A stretch of DNA of 37,438 nucleotides from a virus. Positions 36,530 to 37,438 of the stretch are shown here, one piece after another. How positions within the stretch are numbered: position 1 is the stretch's first letter; each line of letters starts with the position of its first letter. Under the pieces are notes generated by a model that worked only from the letters and a program-made list of their open reading frames with translations, ran no database searches and had not been told where the DNA came from. The translations under genes were made by a program, and so were the position numbers. The DNA lies in the UHGV virus genome UHGV-0041833. One strand, given 5' to 3'.

Positions 36530-36944
36530 GCCATTCAATATCTGGCGCACAGGAAGTATCGACCAGTTCCAGTGCGTCCAGATAATCCAGCCACGAATTA
36601 TATTGCGCCAGTTCCTCGCCTTTCAGACGACCAATAGCAGCTTTGCCAGGCCACTGATGGGTATTGATGTAGGTATTGACTTCTGAAACCAAAGATATTT
36701 TTTTCATTTCAGCCGTCAACACCTCATCCTCTTTTGAAGGGGGTGGGGAATTAATCCATACTGGCCGTCCTGAACTGTCAGCGCCAATTTCTTTCCCTTC
36801 TGGATGCAGACCAAGAAATTGCTCATATGTTTCTCTGGTAATTTCAATAACATCATCAGGAAGCGTTCCCGCATCCTCATATTCTGGAAACAATTCTTGC
36901 AGATAAAAACTTTTACTTCCGGGTGAAAAGAATACTGAGTTCAT
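36501..36944 (-). CDS. Tail fibre assembly protein (Tfa', inverted orientation)
   Basis: 147 aa; C-terminal WLDYLDALELVDTSCAPDIEWPTPP; convergent with the forward tfa. Confidence 0.75.
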   Translation of the reverse strand: MNSVFFSPGSKSFYLQELFPEYEDAGTLPDDVIEITRETYEQFLGLHPEGKEIGADSSGRPVWINSPPPSKEDEVLTAEMKKISLVSEVNTYINTHQWPGKAAIGRLKGEELAQYNSWLDYLDALELVDTSCAPDIEWPTPPAVQAR

Positions 36945-36946
36945 TA

Positions 36947-37438
36947 TTACCGTCCAATGATTAACGCTGAGACGCTGGTATCTGAAGGAAAGGCTGCATT
37001 CAGTGGTTTGTCGACTTTGAACACAATCGTATTATTCCCCCTGACAGCGGCAAAAGAACAAACCGCCGTCGCGTATGAACCTGTAATATTACTGGATACA
37101 CCACCATAAGCTGTTGTTGATACCAGAGGGATAACGCCCAGCACCTTATTAGGAAATACAAAGGGCAATGTGGCTGTGGCAATATAAGACTTATTAGAAC
37201 CTGTGATGGCATAAGCATTATCAGTCATTCCATTCATCGCCACTGGGCCGCTTATACTTACAGTAACCATCTGAATGATTAGCCCGTCAGGTTGACGAAT
37301 CACAAAATTTCCATTGCCACCAGTAACCGTCCAGAAAGACATATCAGGGATTTGGTTTTCCCCGTTGCCCACATTCCGTTTTGCCGCTTCTCCCAAACCA
37401 ACGTTTATGAAAATGCAGAAATAACGAGCAAATGGCAT
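36947..37438 (-). CDS. Alternative tail-fibre variable part (Sv') read from the right crossover site
   Basis: Minus-strand ORF; codons for GLGE at 37399..37388 coincide with the right crossover site and are in the same frame as GLGE in the forward fibre; expressed only after inversion. Confidence 0.65.
   Translation of the reverse strand: MPFARYFCIFINVGLGEAAKRNVGNGENQIPDMSFWTVTGGNGNFVIRQPDGLIIQMVTVSISGPVAMNGMTDNAYAITGSNKSYIATATLPFVFPNKVLGVIPLVSTTAYGGVSSNITGSYATAVCSFAAVRGNNTIVFKVDKPLNAAFPSDTSVSALIIGR
37388..37413. other. Right crossover site of invertible segment (inverted copy of the left site)
   Basis: Plus strand ttctcccaaacc aa cgtttatgaaaa; 13 nt (ggtttgggagaag) form a perfect inverted repeat with 35475..35487. 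Confidence 0.7.

Larger units (their letters stand above)
103..37438. mobile_element. Temperate prophage (lambdoid regulation, HK97-type head, Mu-type contractile tail); right end lies beyond the window
   Basis: Contiguous integrase, excisionase, CI/Cro with palindromic operators, replication, Q, lysis cassette, terminase, portal, protease, capsid, sheath/tube/tape-measure/baseplate and tail-fibre genes in canonical order. Confidence 0.85.

Noticed and set aside
1-37438. Canonical LexA SOS box (CTGT-N8-ACAG) that the LexA-like protein might bind
   Set aside because: No convincing match found by eye; a systematic motif scan is needed before claiming any.

Overview
Nearly the whole window is one temperate prophage, truncated at the right edge. 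It combines a lambdoid regulatory backbone, an HK97-type head module and a Mu-type contractile tail, and ends in a Gin/Pin-type invertible tail-fibre segment. Gene order from the left: a short tmRNA(ssrA) 3'-end-like att core (103..127); an AT-rich three-gene cargo operon; convergent int-xis; an early-left operon; cI/operators/cro; a CII-like gene; a replication initiator with internal iterons; a nin-like region ending in Q; a late promoter and terminator; lysis genes (holin, R, Rz/Rz1); HNH, TerS, TerL, portal, protease, capsid; connector genes; sheath, tube, frameshifted chaperone, tape measure and baseplate; tail fibre and assembly genes. Four N-runs are assembly joins, three of them flanked by duplicated sequence. 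The best candidates for an undescribed system are two AT-rich cargo loci: the three-gene operon between att and int (279..2149: GHKL kinase-like, STAS-like, membrane protein) and a convergent gene pair between the lysis cassette and HNH/terminase (16881..17652). Other cargo genes and a 470-bp structured GC-rich non-coding region upstream of the early-left operon are also flagged. All calls rest on reading the sequence and ORF translations; no database search was run, and family assignments are from motif recognition only.
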